Virus record (IMG/VR): IMGVR_UViG_3300028603_000019
Location: 3,877-67,876 of that record
Direction: 5' to 3' (one strand)
Length of the DNA: 64,000 nucleotides
From: a virus
Taxonomy: Duplodnaviria > Heunggongvirae > Uroviricota > Caudoviricetes
Shown here: piece by piece, positions 29,544-40,301 of the stretch
Layout: each line of letters begins with the position of its first letter
How positions within the stretch are numbered: the stretch's first letter is position 1
Position numbers and translations under genes: made by a program
Notes under the pieces: model-generated
Seen by the model: only the letters and a program-made list of their open reading frames with translations
Databases searched by the model: none
What the model was told of the DNA's origin: nothing

Positions 29544-30244
29544 GACGATTCCTCTTGATTTGAGCTTACCTTAACTTAGTGGAACCGAGAAGGCAACCAC
29601 ATTTTTCAAAAATCAGAAGGGAAAGAGATCTGCTTAAATCTAAGGAGGTTGACAAAATCCTCGTCCAAGCACCGAAACACGGCTTCTTGGAGTGCGCGAT
29701 ATGCCGCATCCTTTGCTTCATCACAGGTATCAAACGGGCCCAGAAAAATATTTGGGCCTGTTACTGTCCATCTTTCGATACCGACTTTCCATATCGTGAA
29801 GATGCCCACAGGAGTTGATGTAATCAAATCATCGTTCACGTAGGTTTCCCATTTCAATTTCTTGATCATGTGTCAGACTTCACCTTATGTCGTGTCATGT
29901 GAAGGAAAATAGCAACGTCGATTGTATGAATATCCGAGGCGAATTTTCTTGGTCCGCAGCCGCGAAGTCTCTAACATTCGGTATTTGCGGAATCGAAGAG
30001 AAGAACAACGCCACAATTTTTCCTAAGTCTTTCTCGGATCATACCAGCATTAGCGATCATTTCAACTTCATCAACATTCACCGGCTTAAGCCAGCGAGCT
30101 TCGATCCCACTTCGCATTGCCATTTCACATACTTCGGAATCTTGATCGTCGCCATACATGTGTCGATGAACCCAATCTTCCCCGTCCGGTTCTTCCATCG
30201 GCCGCGCCATTTTCGGTACCATTCGTCTGGTTTGGGGAGACTCA

Positions 30245-30871
30245 TTACTTTCCACTTCCCCGGAACACTTCGGCCACCGTCATCAAGATCAGAAACAAAT
30301 CCATTCCGAGGCACATGTTTCGTTCATATTCAGTATCATGGTAGCTGCGGACCACAAGGCTCGGTGAGTTTCTTTCCGTCAGTTGCCAGAAACCCGTGAT
30401 CCCTGGTTTCATCCTATAGTAGGCGTCGCCGGGATAATATTGTTCTTGCTCCGGGAGAAACGGCCTCGGCCCGACCAGACTCATATCACCCCTGATCACG
30501 TTCCAGAGTTGTGGAAGCTCGTCTATTGAAGCCTTCCGCAACCAACGTCCCATCTTTGTGATCCTAGGATCATTCGCCATTTTAGGACATTGTTCCCAGA
30601 TTGATCGAAATTCAGGATCGGATTTCAATTGCGCCTGAAGAATTTGATCCGCGTCCCGAATCATAGTCCGGAGTTTCCATATCCTGAATCGCTTGCCATC
30701 CTGACCCACACGGTCCTGGGAATACAGGCCATATAGGCAGACTAGTGGGAGCAAGAAAGGAGCTATCAGTAACGCTCCTAGAAGCGCCAGAGATAGATCC
30801 AGCGTCCTCTTCCCCAATCTCTTGTAGAACCGAGAAGTCTCGGAACGCGGAATAGTCCAAGTCTGTGTCAA
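30245..30871 (-). CDS. Bacterial sugar transferase (WcaJ/WbaP-like priming glycosyl-phosphate transferase)
   Basis: KRTLDL, RVGQDGKRF.IWKLRTM, DPRITKMGRWLRKASIDELPQLWNV..GDMSLVGPRP, KPGITG motifs. Confidence 0.93.
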   Translation of the reverse strand: MTQTWTIPRSETSRFYKRLGKRTLDLSLALLGALLIAPFLLPLVCLYGLYSQDRVGQDGKRFRIWKLRTMIRDADQILQAQLKSDPEFRSIWEQCPKMANDPRITKMGRWLRKASIDELPQLWNVIRGDMSLVGPRPFLPEQEQYYPGDAYYRMKPGITGFWQLTERNSPSLVVRSYHDTEYERNMCLGMDLFLILMTVAEVFRGSGK

Positions 30872-30881
30872 GAGCTTTCCT

Positions 30882-31646
30882 TCAGGTCAGCAAGTTCAGG
30901 TAGGTCTCGAAGCACGGCTCTGATGCCGGCTCCTCAACTAGAGACCTTCGCGTGATCATAGTATCGGGATCAGGACGCTTGGCCTCCGGGATGAAGTCTA
31001 GCTCAAGATCTCCCGCCCGTCTAGTCATATTTTTTGAAAACACCAAGGTCCCGTATTTGAATTCCGGCTCCAGGCCATGCCAAAAGATCCCATACTTGGA
31101 ACTCATCAGGTTGATCATCTGTTGTTGATCCAGATTTTGCATTTCTCGATGCCCAGCGATCCAACGACAGGCAGCACTAATGCTGTTCTTTCGGGCATCC
31201 TGTGCCCTCCAGAGCAGAACATTAGCAGCTTCTTCCAGAGTCGGGACACCAAAACTTCGGCAATCGAAATAGGCCAATTTGGTATGCCCCAGAGCCTTGT
31301 TGAAGTGTGCAGTGGCAACAGAGGCCAGAATGGAATTGAGCTTGGAAACTTTTCCACCAAAGATGTGCTCCGATGCATGTTCTCCGGGGAGGATCACCAG
31401 GGAAATCTCATCAGATTGTGTGTATCCGATTTTGGCACTTGTCACTTCTATCAGGGTCTTTGTGGTCTCTACCATTGCCGCTCTGATTCGGGCATCAAAC
31501 GGCTTGGAAAATCCCTTGGTGAATTTGGAGAACCCCTTGCCGTCGATTCGGATGCACAGTGGCTGAGTGACTGGAACGGTCAACCAGGTTCCGGTTTTCT
31601 CATATCCCTTCATCCGATTGCCGAAGTCGTCGTGCTTCTTGCTCAT
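30882..31646 (-). CDS. tRNA(His) guanylyltransferase Thg1-like protein
   Basis: RMKGYE, IRIDGKGFSKFT, YTQSDEIS, FDCR, WRAQDARKNSI, FKYGT motifs. Confidence 0.92.
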   Translation of the reverse strand: MSKKHDDFGNRMKGYEKTGTWLTVPVTQPLCIRIDGKGFSKFTKGFSKPFDARIRAAMVETTKTLIEVTSAKIGYTQSDEISLVILPGEHASEHIFGGKVSKLNSILASVATAHFNKALGHTKLAYFDCRSFGVPTLEEAANVLLWRAQDARKNSISAACRWIAGHREMQNLDQQQMINLMSSKYGIFWHGLEPEFKYGTLVFSKNMTRRAGDLELDFIPEAKRPDPDTMITRRSLVEEPASEPCFETYLNLLT

Positions 31647-32275
31647 TATTGGTGAACTCCATATAGGGCACATGCTGTTCTTTGATGATCAATTACGGCC
31701 CTGTTCAGGGCCTTTGTGAGCAGGATCCCGTCCATAACGCGAAGCCAGAAGTCGATCTGTTCGGGCGCGGTCTGCATGTTTTTCCTGATTCGATCTTGAA
31801 GACCATCCATGAATTTCAGGCTTCCCTTTGCGGATTCTTCGAGGGAACAATCGTGAATTTGCATGTTCTCCTCCATGATCAGGGACCAGTTTTTGGTGAC
31901 GGTGAAGTCACCTTCCGCGAGCTGATGAAGGTCCGCCATGATAATATGAAGGGACAATGGATCATCAGTGACAAGATGATCGGCAGTATTCATGATCAAA
32001 TCATACACGTCTTGAAGGCACACCCCAGCAGTATCCTTTAGATATTCCAATGCCTTAAGTGCTGACCTTGCTTCCTTTTCCGGTCCGTTGTCATATACAA
32101 TGTCGTGAAACAAGACTGCCCAGTCAAGTTCTGCCGAATATGGAACCATGTAACTATCCAGATATTCATACATAGACAACACATGATCAAAATCATGATA
32201 GATATGGCGGGTCATCGGCAAGCAAAGATGATACATCTCATTTGGCGGAAGAACCTTCGTCCATGGATAACTCAT
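31646..32275 (-). CDS. HD-superfamily phosphohydrolase
   Basis: RHIYHDFDHV, AVLFHDIVY, E.RSA, ADL motifs. Confidence 0.75.
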   Translation of the reverse strand: MSYPWTKVLPPNEMYHLCLPMTRHIYHDFDHVLSMYEYLDSYMVPYSAELDWAVLFHDIVYDNGPEKEARSALKALEYLKDTAGVCLQDVYDLIMNTADHLVTDDPLSLHIIMADLHQLAEGDFTVTKNWSLIMEENMQIHDCSLEESAKGSLKFMDGLQDRIRKNMQTAPEQIDFWLRVMDGILLTKALNRAVIDHQRTACALYGVHQ

Positions 32276-32340
32276 TTTCCAATCCTTTTTTGATAATTTG
32301 AGAGTGCATTCAATGTTTCGTTAGAATGAGGGTTGTTGAT

Positions 32341-33030
32341 TCATGGTCCGCGGTATCCTTTCGGATATCCCCAATCTGGATGCTTGATAATCTCTAGAGT
32401 GTGGGGATTCATATCAATGTAGCTAAGTTCCCCGAGGCAGATGAACCTGGTCTTTCCTATCACTTCGTCCACGTCGTGATGGTAGTGACCGAAAATCCAA
32501 AGTTCTGGTTCGTGCTCACTGAACATGGCATCCAGGGCAAGTGAAGTCCTCGTGCTGTTTAGTTTTCCGTTTCCGATCAGGCGACCAGTCTTTTCAAACA
32601 GGTCCACACCGACATTGTATGGACAATCGTGAGTGATCATCACGCGAGGGGCACATGCTTGATATTTCAGAATTAGGGAATCCAGCGTCGCATAGTTGAG
32701 TTCCTCATCCCGCCACCAACTGAGTCCTTCTATTCTCCGATCGCGGTCAATTGAAAATGCACCACCGACAAACATCCAATCACGCTCAAATTTACCATCG
32801 GGGATCCAATTCGGACAATGCCGACACCCATCCGGCCAGTCGTGATTGCCACGAATGAACCGGTGCCCAGGATTATCCTTTTGCCATTGAATGAAACTGT
32901 CGGGGACCAGTTGGGTCGGGCCGATGAAGCCGATGCCGTAGTCGCCAACCTGGATACTATGATCTACGTCCTTGGTGATTTCCATATAGGATTTCATCTT
33001 CGCGTGGACATCACCGATGAGACGAACCAT
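32341..33030 (-). CDS. Calcineurin-like metallophosphoesterase
   Basis: IGDVH, VGDYG, RGNHD, ITHDCP, FGHYH motifs. Confidence 0.92.
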   Translation of the reverse strand: MVRLIGDVHAKMKSYMEITKDVDHSIQVGDYGIGFIGPTQLVPDSFIQWQKDNPGHRFIRGNHDWPDGCRHCPNWIPDGKFERDWMFVGGAFSIDRDRRIEGLSWWRDEELNYATLDSLILKYQACAPRVMITHDCPYNVGVDLFEKTGRLIGNGKLNSTRTSLALDAMFSEHEPELWIFGHYHHDVDEVIGKTRFICLGELSYIDMNPHTLEIIKHPDWGYPKGYRGP

Positions 33031-33127
33031 TAGATTTTTCCTTTTCGGTGGTATCTTAACCCAGATAATAGGACTTGGCAACCACATATTAGGGCGTCAT
33101 ATATGACATCCAAACGATCTCAAATAG

Positions 33128-33943
33128 TCATATGTGACAATCTACGACTGTAATCACCGTATATGGATCCAATTCATTCCACATCATCCAGAAGAAATTG
33201 ATCCAATTTTCACGGTCCTGTTCATCGCCAGACCAATCTCCGGAGTGCCATTCTCCGTGGACATCGACTATCGCGAAAGTCGGAAATGCTCGGCGTGCGT
33301 GAAATTCGATGTATTCGTCTCTGGAAAGGAGAAATTGATCAACGATAAGGAATTGGCTAATTCTACGAATCTTCTTAACCGGTTCCTGTCCATTATACGC
33401 TTCCCGCCGCTCACCCCAATCCGAAATCCGAGCAGAAACATCTTTCCACGTTTCCCAGGTATTATCATCACCCAATACTTCGTGAACTTCATCCCATTCA
33501 GTGGCGGCTAGATCGGAAGCTTCTGAGATGATCTTCGTGATATCCACATCACGAGCACAGGCAGAATTAACACGGTCTCCGTTTTTCAAAAGGAGGTGAC
33601 CCGCAAATCGACCTCCCGTGACCCACCAGTCCCACTGAGAATTTGGATTGGTCAATTTCTTGACGGCAACAATTTCATTATTCTCATCGACCTCTGCCCA
33701 GGTGTATTCCCGAATATTCGGCTTCTTGCCCACGGGAACCTCTTCAATTTCCCCGTAAGTGTATTGGAGATAATCACGAAAGGAATGCCCGGATGAATCA
33801 TATGCTTCAAACTCGGATCGAACCTCTTCCGTGATATCAACTTCAATCACATATTCATCTTTGATACCCGTGCACTCATACTCGTGAAACGGTTGCAGTT
33901 TCTTCTCAACGTTCAGCCCGAAGACCATACATGAAAAATGCAA
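33128..33943 (-). CDS. Conserved phage hypothetical protein
   Basis: HFSCMV, NPNSQWDWWVTGGRF, GEWH, VVDCHI pattern. Confidence 0.7.
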   Translation of the reverse strand: MHFSCMVFGLNVEKKLQPFHEYECTGIKDEYVIEVDITEEVRSEFEAYDSSGHSFRDYLQYTYGEIEEVPVGKKPNIREYTWAEVDENNEIVAVKKLTNPNSQWDWWVTGGRFAGHLLLKNGDRVNSACARDVDITKIISEASDLAATEWDEVHEVLGDDNTWETWKDVSARISDWGERREAYNGQEPVKKIRRISQFLIVDQFLLSRDEYIEFHARRAFPTFAIVDVHGEWHSGDWSGDEQDRENWINFFWMMWNELDPYTVITVVDCHI

Positions 33944-33949
33944 TGAATT

Positions 33950-34468
33950 TCACTCCTTGTAAATCAGATTTCCGTCGATGTCATAGACACGGATGCCATC
34001 ATAGTCCTCAACATCGGATTCAGGCATCTGGAAGTGATGAGTCATGGTCTTGATCACTTTACGAGGCACCTTCTTATTCGGACGACAGTCGAGGCGCTTG
34101 TACCAATCATAGCGCCGTTTTTCCTCGACCAGGATCAGGTAATATTCGATCCGGTAGCCTGCGGCCCTGAATACCCTGGTGATGCTGTTCCGCTTCTTCC
34201 GCGTCAGATTGGTCTGATCCCAGATCACGTCAGCGCCTTCTTCCAGCGCCTTCCTCTTGGTCTCCTCGAGATTCCGCGTGGCATCCCCAATGGCATCCTT
34301 GAACACCTCGGAATATGTCTTACCCTCACGCTCGGCAACCTCTTCGATGAAGTTATCGGTCGACAGAACGGTCAGGGTCGGATTGACCCGAAGGATACGG
34401 GAGACCAAAGTGGACTTCCCCGCGCCGGGCAGGCCGATCATGAGATACAGGGTTTTCTGATGGGACAT
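33950..34468 (-). CDS. P-loop kinase (polynucleotide kinase/AAA_33-like)
   Basis: GLPGAGKST, LSTD, IWDQTNL.R..R motifs. Confidence 0.85.
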   Translation of the reverse strand: MSHQKTLYLMIGLPGAGKSTLVSRILRVNPTLTVLSTDNFIEEVAEREGKTYSEVFKDAIGDATRNLEETKRKALEEGADVIWDQTNLTRKKRNSITRVFRAAGYRIEYYLILVEEKRRYDWYKRLDCRPNKKVPRKVIKTMTHHFQMPESDVEDYDGIRVYDIDGNLIYKE

Positions 34469-34718
34469 GGGATCCTCCTAATACTGCCTTCCCCACCCGA
34501 ACCAGTAAGTCTTGCCGCGGACGCAGTTGAAGTTGGGGGAACCGAAACCCTCCTTCAACTCATCGTAGGACTCTGCGTAACCGATATAGGGATGTTGGTA
34601 CCAGTCGAAATCTTCCCCGAGAGCATCTTCCAGCTCCCGGGCGATATGCGACAGTTCGGGTGCGTTGAATTCGTCGCCATAGGTATACCGGAAGGTGCTC
34701 ATCTCGGGGTCTCCCTTC

Positions 34719-35099
34719 TCAGAAGCTGAAGTCGTAGTAGTGATCGCGGAAGCCGAGACGGACGTTCCCTTTGCCGACTTTGTTCCAGCGGCCGGTTTCG
34801 GGGTTCTTCCGCACTTCGGTGAAGCGGCCGTCTTTCTCGATCCGGTAGGAATCTTTGATCCCCTCGGGGTCAGCCGAGAAGGTGTATTTTTGCATTTCGG
34901 ACATCCCGTTGTCGTCGGTCCGAACCGCGCGGTCATGCTGAACGGTGAAGATGTTGCCTTCGACGGAGACGACGGTCGCGGCATGGCGATCGGTCCATCC
35001 GTAGACGGTCGCGCCCATACCAACTTCGGGCTTCACGGTCGAAGTGCCGCGGGTCGAGAGGTGATTGACGAGGCTTCCGGTTTCGGTTCCGAGGCGCAT
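34719..35099 (-). CDS. Conserved early hypothetical protein
   Basis: PEVGMGAT..WTDRHAATV; follows an early promoter. Confidence 0.65.
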   Translation of the reverse strand: MRLGTETGSLVNHLSTRGTSTVKPEVGMGATVYGWTDRHAATVVSVEGNIFTVQHDRAVRTDDNGMSEMQKYTFSADPEGIKDSYRIEKDGRFTEVRKNPETGRWNKVGKGNVRLGFRDHYYDFSF

Positions 35100-35139
35100 G
35101 ATCTGGTCTCTTTCTCTGGTTGTCTGTCTCTATGTATTA

Positions 35140-35168
35140 AACATAGTCTATGCAACCGAAGTTGTCAA
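35140..35168 (-). promoter_or_regulatory. sigma70-like early promoter
   Basis: TTGACA-17-TATGTT. Confidence 0.6.
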
Positions 35169-35789
35169 CCTCTTCGGAGAATTTTTGAAAATAATTTTAG
35201 GTCCGGTTCTTGTGTAGCTTGGTCACACGGATTTTCCAGTAGGACCAAGATTCGAGGCAGTGAGAATCTTCCCGCAGGGCGCTCCGGAAAACGAGGTCGA
35301 TCAACCAAACGAGATTGAACCTTCCTTGACGCTTCCACTCATAGTTCCGCGCCGAGAAGCTCTGGTCAGGAGACCCACCCAAGATAACATTAAGGAGGAC
35401 CGAGATGGAAACCCCGACCCTCCATACATAGTCTTTCACGGTGAAACCTCCCGACCGAGTAGATGCCTACTCCTACTTAGTCAACAACCATCATACTAAA
35501 GCATTGACAGCTTTCTTTTCTGAAGGGTTTGGGGTAAACAACGGTCCCCAAATTCTTCCGTGTTACCCTTAGTTGGGAGGTGTCTTCCGAAGTTGCTCTC
35601 GAATGAAGGCATATGGAATCGTCCAGAACCTCCAAGAGATCAACGTTTTCCATTCAAAGTTTCCGTTGTTGACGGACAAGAATAGGACAAAGGCCAAGGT
35701 GGCCAGATAGAACCCGAATAGGGTTCCGAGTGCAAATGAAATCATGAGAATTACTCCCGAAAAGTTGCGTCCTCTCGGGAGTAATTATT

Positions 35790-36536
35790 TCATTTCCGAC
35801 GCCGACGAGCTACCAGACCTAGGCCACCAATGGCACCCAGGAGGAGAAATCCTGCCGCTGGAAGGGGAATGGGAGCGATGTTGGCCTTGTGGGTGAACAC
35901 GCCCTGTAGGGAAGCTGTATTCGTCTTCCCTTCTACCGTCCAGAACTCCGATACCGGATTGCCCTTTCCGTCGAGGAAACCAGTGATGTGGAGAACATAT
36001 TCATGCTCTGTTCCATCTTCGTCCACGAAGGTCACCACGTCGGAACTCAGATCGGTCGTGATCTTGACACGATCCGCGCATCCTGCCACGTTGACGCCGG
36101 CTCCGTTGCGGCCACCATCGGCACAGATGCTTGGTTCATTCGGGGTTTCCCAATGATCAAACGAAAACCGGGAGCTGAAATCTCGAGACCCGAAGGCAAA
36201 GTCCAGCGTGTAGTTCACGACCAGATCTACTGCGGTGATGGAAGTTCCTGCCGTGATCGGAAAATTGTGATGAGTGAAGTTTCCGATCGTGAATTCCTGG
36301 TCAGGAACAATGTTGGAAATCAGGGGCGCCGCCTTGAAATCATATCCGCTCTGATTTGCACCGGTGCCCCAACGGACACCGGCATTGACAGAGCCGTTGT
36401 TGATGTGGTTCACATTGAAGCCACCAGTGGGTGTTCCCCAAGTTCCGGTGACGCCCGTGAGATCCACCGTTGATGCCTGGACACCGAAAGTGGTAGAGAC
36501 GGCAATTACAACTGCCGCCAGAAAAGTGTTTGTCAT
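35790..36536 (-). CDS. THxN-family / choice-of-anchor-K-like protein with VPLPA-CTERM (PEP-CTERM-like) sorting signal
   Basis: Signal peptide; WGTG..QSGY, GNFTHHNFPI, ETPN; C-terminal PIPLPAAGFLLLGAIGGLGLVARRRRK. Confidence 0.85.
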   Translation of the reverse strand: MTNTFLAAVVIAVSTTFGVQASTVDLTGVTGTWGTPTGGFNVNHINNGSVNAGVRWGTGANQSGYDFKAAPLISNIVPDQEFTIGNFTHHNFPITAGTSITAVDLVVNYTLDFAFGSRDFSSRFSFDHWETPNEPSICADGGRNGAGVNVAGCADRVKITTDLSSDVVTFVDEDGTEHEYVLHITGFLDGKGNPVSEFWTVEGKTNTASLQGVFTHKANIAPIPLPAAGFLLLGAIGGLGLVARRRRK

Positions 36537-36782
36537 TCGTCAGATTCCTTTTTGTTTGGAAAGTGTTCGCCCCATCGTTTCCGAATTTCTGCAACCAGAG
36601 CAACCGGAAACTTTGCACCCAGAATGATAATGCCAGTGATCGCCGAAAATGGCCAGGCGACGTATATTAGAAGTTCAAGTGGTTTGATCGTTCGGTAGGT
36701 ATCCGTGTGCACGTAGATGGCAATGATCCATCCGGCCAGCCAGATGCCTATCAGTAATCCTATTGTGAGACCTAATAACATG

Positions 36783-37100
36783 TTAAGAAGTCTCCAACAG
36801 TGGATCCAGGCCCTTCTCGGCTCGCCACTCGTCAAAACTATGGTCCCCATCAAGGACCATTCGCATGGCCATCACTGCAACTTGAATGGCTTCCTTGCGG
36901 ACATTTGCGCGAGATTCCTCGAAGGTAGCAGTGGCAAGTTCACCGACCTCTTCTACCAGTGCGGCAAAGGTGACATTCTTGCCGGGGAATTTGGTTCGGG
37001 CCCGAACCAACTCTAATTGAATTTCATGGAGCAATTCCTCCTCGGAACTTCGAGGATTGGATGCCTCGATGAGACTGTAAATATTGCTATCGCTATGCAT
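36783..37100 (-). CDS. MazG-like nucleotide pyrophosphohydrolase
   Basis: LVEEVGELA...EAIQVAVMA motif. Confidence 0.7.
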   Translation of the reverse strand: MHSDSNIYSLIEASNPRSSEEELLHEIQLELVRARTKFPGKNVTFAALVEEVGELATATFEESRANVRKEAIQVAVMAMRMVLDGDHSFDEWRAEKGLDPLLETS

Positions 37101-38406
37101 TAATTTTCCTTTATCATTTCCTGTAGCATCGGATCATCTGAGTGATCCGCAATCATTTCAAAGAAATCCAGGCAGCGACAGGATCCGCAACCGTCCATCC
37201 TGTCCTCTTTTGGCATACAACCATCCGAAACATAGACTCTCCGGCAGTAGTTCCACAATGTGATAAAAGCGTCCCGCTCAACGGAAGTCATGTTATCGTC
37301 CGACTCGGCGTTTTTTTGCTCACCGGCACCGAACATCGCTTCCGCATCCATTCCCGTGTAGTTCATGTTTCACCAAGTTCCTTCTTCAATGCTTCGAGTT
37401 GAGCCCTCTTGGCCGCGAGAGTTTGATGCTCCTCTACATTCCTCTGCCTGTCCCACAAGTCACAAACCTTGTCAGCCTCGGTCTTGACTGCATCCTCAAA
37501 GGTATCATCTAGGAGACACACGAGGGGAATCTCGTATGTACACTCGTTGTAATCCTCGTCGGAATACCGGACGGTCACCATCGTCGTGCCCTCGCCTGTC
37601 GTCCACAGTTGGATCAGTTCACCGGGGTGCCATTCCTGTTGCCGAAACATCCAATTATATTGCTTTCGTCTCCGATCCTTTTTGTAGATCAGATCTCGCT
37701 GCATTTTCGTCACATGGATCAACCGATCCTCAATGATCTCACGAAGTTCAATGAAGTCTGAAATTACATCTGGCGTCAGTTTCATCAAACTACCCTTCGA
37801 GGTATTGTTCCATGCGGAGTGTTGCCAGGAGATATGCACGTGCCGGGTTTTCGTGGCAACACATGAAAACCTTATCCGTGATATCCGGCTCCATCAGTCG
37901 AAATTCCCACGACTGATAGGGTTCCTTCTGAACTTCCAGAAATGTATCCGGGTACATATCTTCCTGAAATTTCCAGGCTGAATTCAATACGCCATTGAAT
38001 GCCATCATCATGTCCACATAGTTGAGGGACATGTATTTGTAGTTGCTCGAAATCTGATCATGCGACGGGAAATGACCTCCTTCGATCATTTCAATCAGGT
38101 CTGTCGTGTTCTCGATCATTCGCTGTTCAGGCTTCAAGAAGTTGATCCTCCATCTTCTGGAGCAAGGCCAGGAGAATTTCTTTTCCCGAAAGTGTTCCGG
38201 TCGACATGTCCATAGTCCAGGATGGATATTCCCTAGACACGAGAGCCGTTGCGTGGGGAGTAGAGTTCATATTCAACGCTTCCCATGCCAATCTCCAGTT
38301 GTCACCGAAGATCCGAAATAGTCTCCCGTCGTCTGGCATCCATTGACGGGAGACTATTTGTTGCCGGACGAGACGAATATCGTCGATTAGTCCGGGACGC
38401 TTCATC

Positions 38407-38580
38407 TCAGTTTACGCCGGAGTCGGTCGCGGGGGCATCCGAGATCATCCCGACGCCACCACCGGCACCGAAGCCGCCGAAGTCTCCGTTGGGGCAGGCA
38501 CAATCGACATAAGAAGAACCGGGTTCACCGGCACACGCGGCGATGAACAGGGCGGCGACGAGGGCAAAGATCGGTTTCAT
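38407..38580 (-). CDS. Small lipoprotein
   Basis: MKPIFALVAALFIAAC lipobox; TTAAATA late-type promoter upstream. Confidence 0.65.
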   Translation of the reverse strand: MKPIFALVAALFIAACAGEPGSSYVDCACPNGDFGGFGAGGGVGMISDAPATDSGVN

Positions 38581-38658
38581 GGTCTTTTCTCCACTGGGGG
38601 TTGTGAGATTAACATGGCTCACTATTTAAAGCTTGTCAACCCCAAAGTTGAATTCCGG

Positions 38659-39048
38659 TCATGATACCATGCTTCCTACCATCTTCATGTCCACGCGGAC
38701 ACCGAAGTGCTCTTTCACAGCCTTCATTATCGGACCCTTTCCTTCGACCTCTATGGTATCCAGGAAATCCCTCACTTCTTGTTCAGAGACCATCGACGGA
38801 AGGTACCTGTTCAGAAATTCGAGCTCTCGAAGTCCCTCGACTGTAGCCCGAATATTCATGTTTTCCTCTGTCGTTCCCCTCAACTTTTTGAGAACCCGGA
38901 CAGCATCGTGATCATTAGTTTCCCGTGTTTGTCCGATCTTCCCGAGGGCCATGATTTCAGATATCACGAAAGTCGAGAAAGGAGCAAGAGGATCCTTTGC
39001 TTTCCGAAGACGGATGCTATCGGCTTTGATCTGGGATAGGATGTCCAT
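38659..39048 (-). CDS. GatB/YqeY domain protein
   Basis: LRKAKD, LEFLNRYLPSMVSE, GPIMKAVK..F motifs. Confidence 0.75.
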   Translation of the reverse strand: MDILSQIKADSIRLRKAKDPLAPFSTFVISEIMALGKIGQTRETNDHDAVRVLKKLRGTTEENMNIRATVEGLRELEFLNRYLPSMVSEQEVRDFLDTIEVEGKGPIMKAVKEHFGVRVDMKMVGSMVS

Positions 39049-39299
39049 TACATCATTCCTAGAGCGGCCTTGTACAGATCGAGGATGGCTTCCTCTTCTG
39101 CAAGTTCATCCGGCTTTCGTTTCCGGAGGGCGACAATTTTGCGCAGGATCCGTTGATCGAAACCACGTCCTTTTGCCTCTGCCATCACCTCGCGTTGCTG
39201 AAGCAAAATCTCATGCCGTTCAGCGGCCAGAGTTTCAAATCGCTCAATGAATTGCCTAAGTTCATCCCCGATAATTCCATTGCTGTTGTGCCCGGTCAT
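39048..39299 (-). CDS. gapR: DUF2312 / GapR-like nucleoid-associated protein
   Basis: ELRQFIERFE.L..E...EVMAEAKGRGFD..ILRKIVALRK...EEEAILDLYKAALGM. Confidence 0.9.
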   Translation of the reverse strand: MTGHNSNGIIGDELRQFIERFETLAAERHEILLQQREVMAEAKGRGFDQRILRKIVALRKRKPDELAEEEAILDLYKAALGMM

Positions 39300-39469
39300 A
39301 TCATCGTTCATTCTCAACTAACTCCTTCAATTGTATCGCGGCTTCCACTGCCGCATCAAATTCTTCTCGGTTGTTGGACAGTGCAACGCACGTCCATAGT
39401 TGTTCCATGGACAGTCCACTGAAGAAGGCATTGCCTATCGCGGAACCCATATAATTCCAATCTGTGATT

Positions 39470-39895
39470 TCAAAGTTCGGTCGGTGTCGCAATTTGAAGT
39501 GTACCGTCTCGAACAATCAGGGTATGCCTTTTACACCCGTGAATATTGCCCACCAGCCGGTGATATTCCCTGCCGCCGTCAATGCAGATTTCCTTGTCGG
39601 ATGTGCAAAAGAAGTCGTGTCGGTGCCGTGAGAAAATAATTTCCCCTCCCGATTCCACGGCATCAATTTCTTGATCTTCGATCCAAGCTCCGTTGGTGAC
39701 CATGAGATTGCCCGCCTGATAATACAGGGCCATGTATCGCGACTTTGAAACCGGATGGGGCTCGGCCGTATAGAATACTGAACAGGAGACGCCCTTATGT
39801 TCAGTTGATACTACAAATTTCGCATCATAGTGTTCTTCCACCTTTCGGAGATTGTCCGGGGTAAAGTGGAGGCAATGATTGATAATTTCAGGCAT
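39470..39895 (-). CDS. Conserved phage hypothetical protein
   Basis: SRHRHDF...IDGGREY motif. Confidence 0.7.
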   Translation of the reverse strand: MPEIINHCLHFTPDNLRKVEEHYDAKFVVSTEHKGVSCSVFYTAEPHPVSKSRYMALYYQAGNLMVTNGAWIEDQEIDAVESGGEIIFSRHRHDFFCTSDKEICIDGGREYHRLVGNIHGCKRHTLIVRDGTLQIATPTEL

Positions 39896-40301
39896 GAAGT
39901 TCCATATCTCCTAGCAATCTTACCGCTTTGGGATCCGTTCGATCACGGACAAAAATATAGGCACAGGTGTCCAGGGGAATCAGATGAGTGACCTCGCCGT
40001 CCCGAATCGGATAAGTCGGATCACGGACAATACCTGCCACGAAACCATCATTTATCGCGAAATGAACCTTTTCCGCAATCGTGTCCCAATCAGCCCCGAG
40101 GACAATCGTTGTCCCGAACCCCTGAATTGTCTGTTTGGACCAGTCGATGAGATCATGTCTGTCCCGTTCGGAGAACCTGCTTTCAACCTCGTGGACGAAC
40201 ATGTTGGCAGCGTGACACGCTTGGGCACACGCCTTTCCAGGATTCATTGATGCCAGATCCGTGCGCATCAGAATATACAGAGTTTCGAGTCCTGTGATCA
40301 T
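39888..40301 (-). CDS. Peptidyl-tRNA hydrolase type 2 (PTH2-like)
   Basis: YILMRTDL..MNPGKACAQACHA, TIVL, V.DPT motifs. Confidence 0.8.
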   Translation of the reverse strand: MITGLETLYILMRTDLASMNPGKACAQACHAANMFVHEVESRFSERDRHDLIDWSKQTIQGFGTTIVLGADWDTIAEKVHFAINDGFVAGIVRDPTYPIRDGEVTHLIPLDTCAYIFVRDRTDPKAVRLLGDMELHA

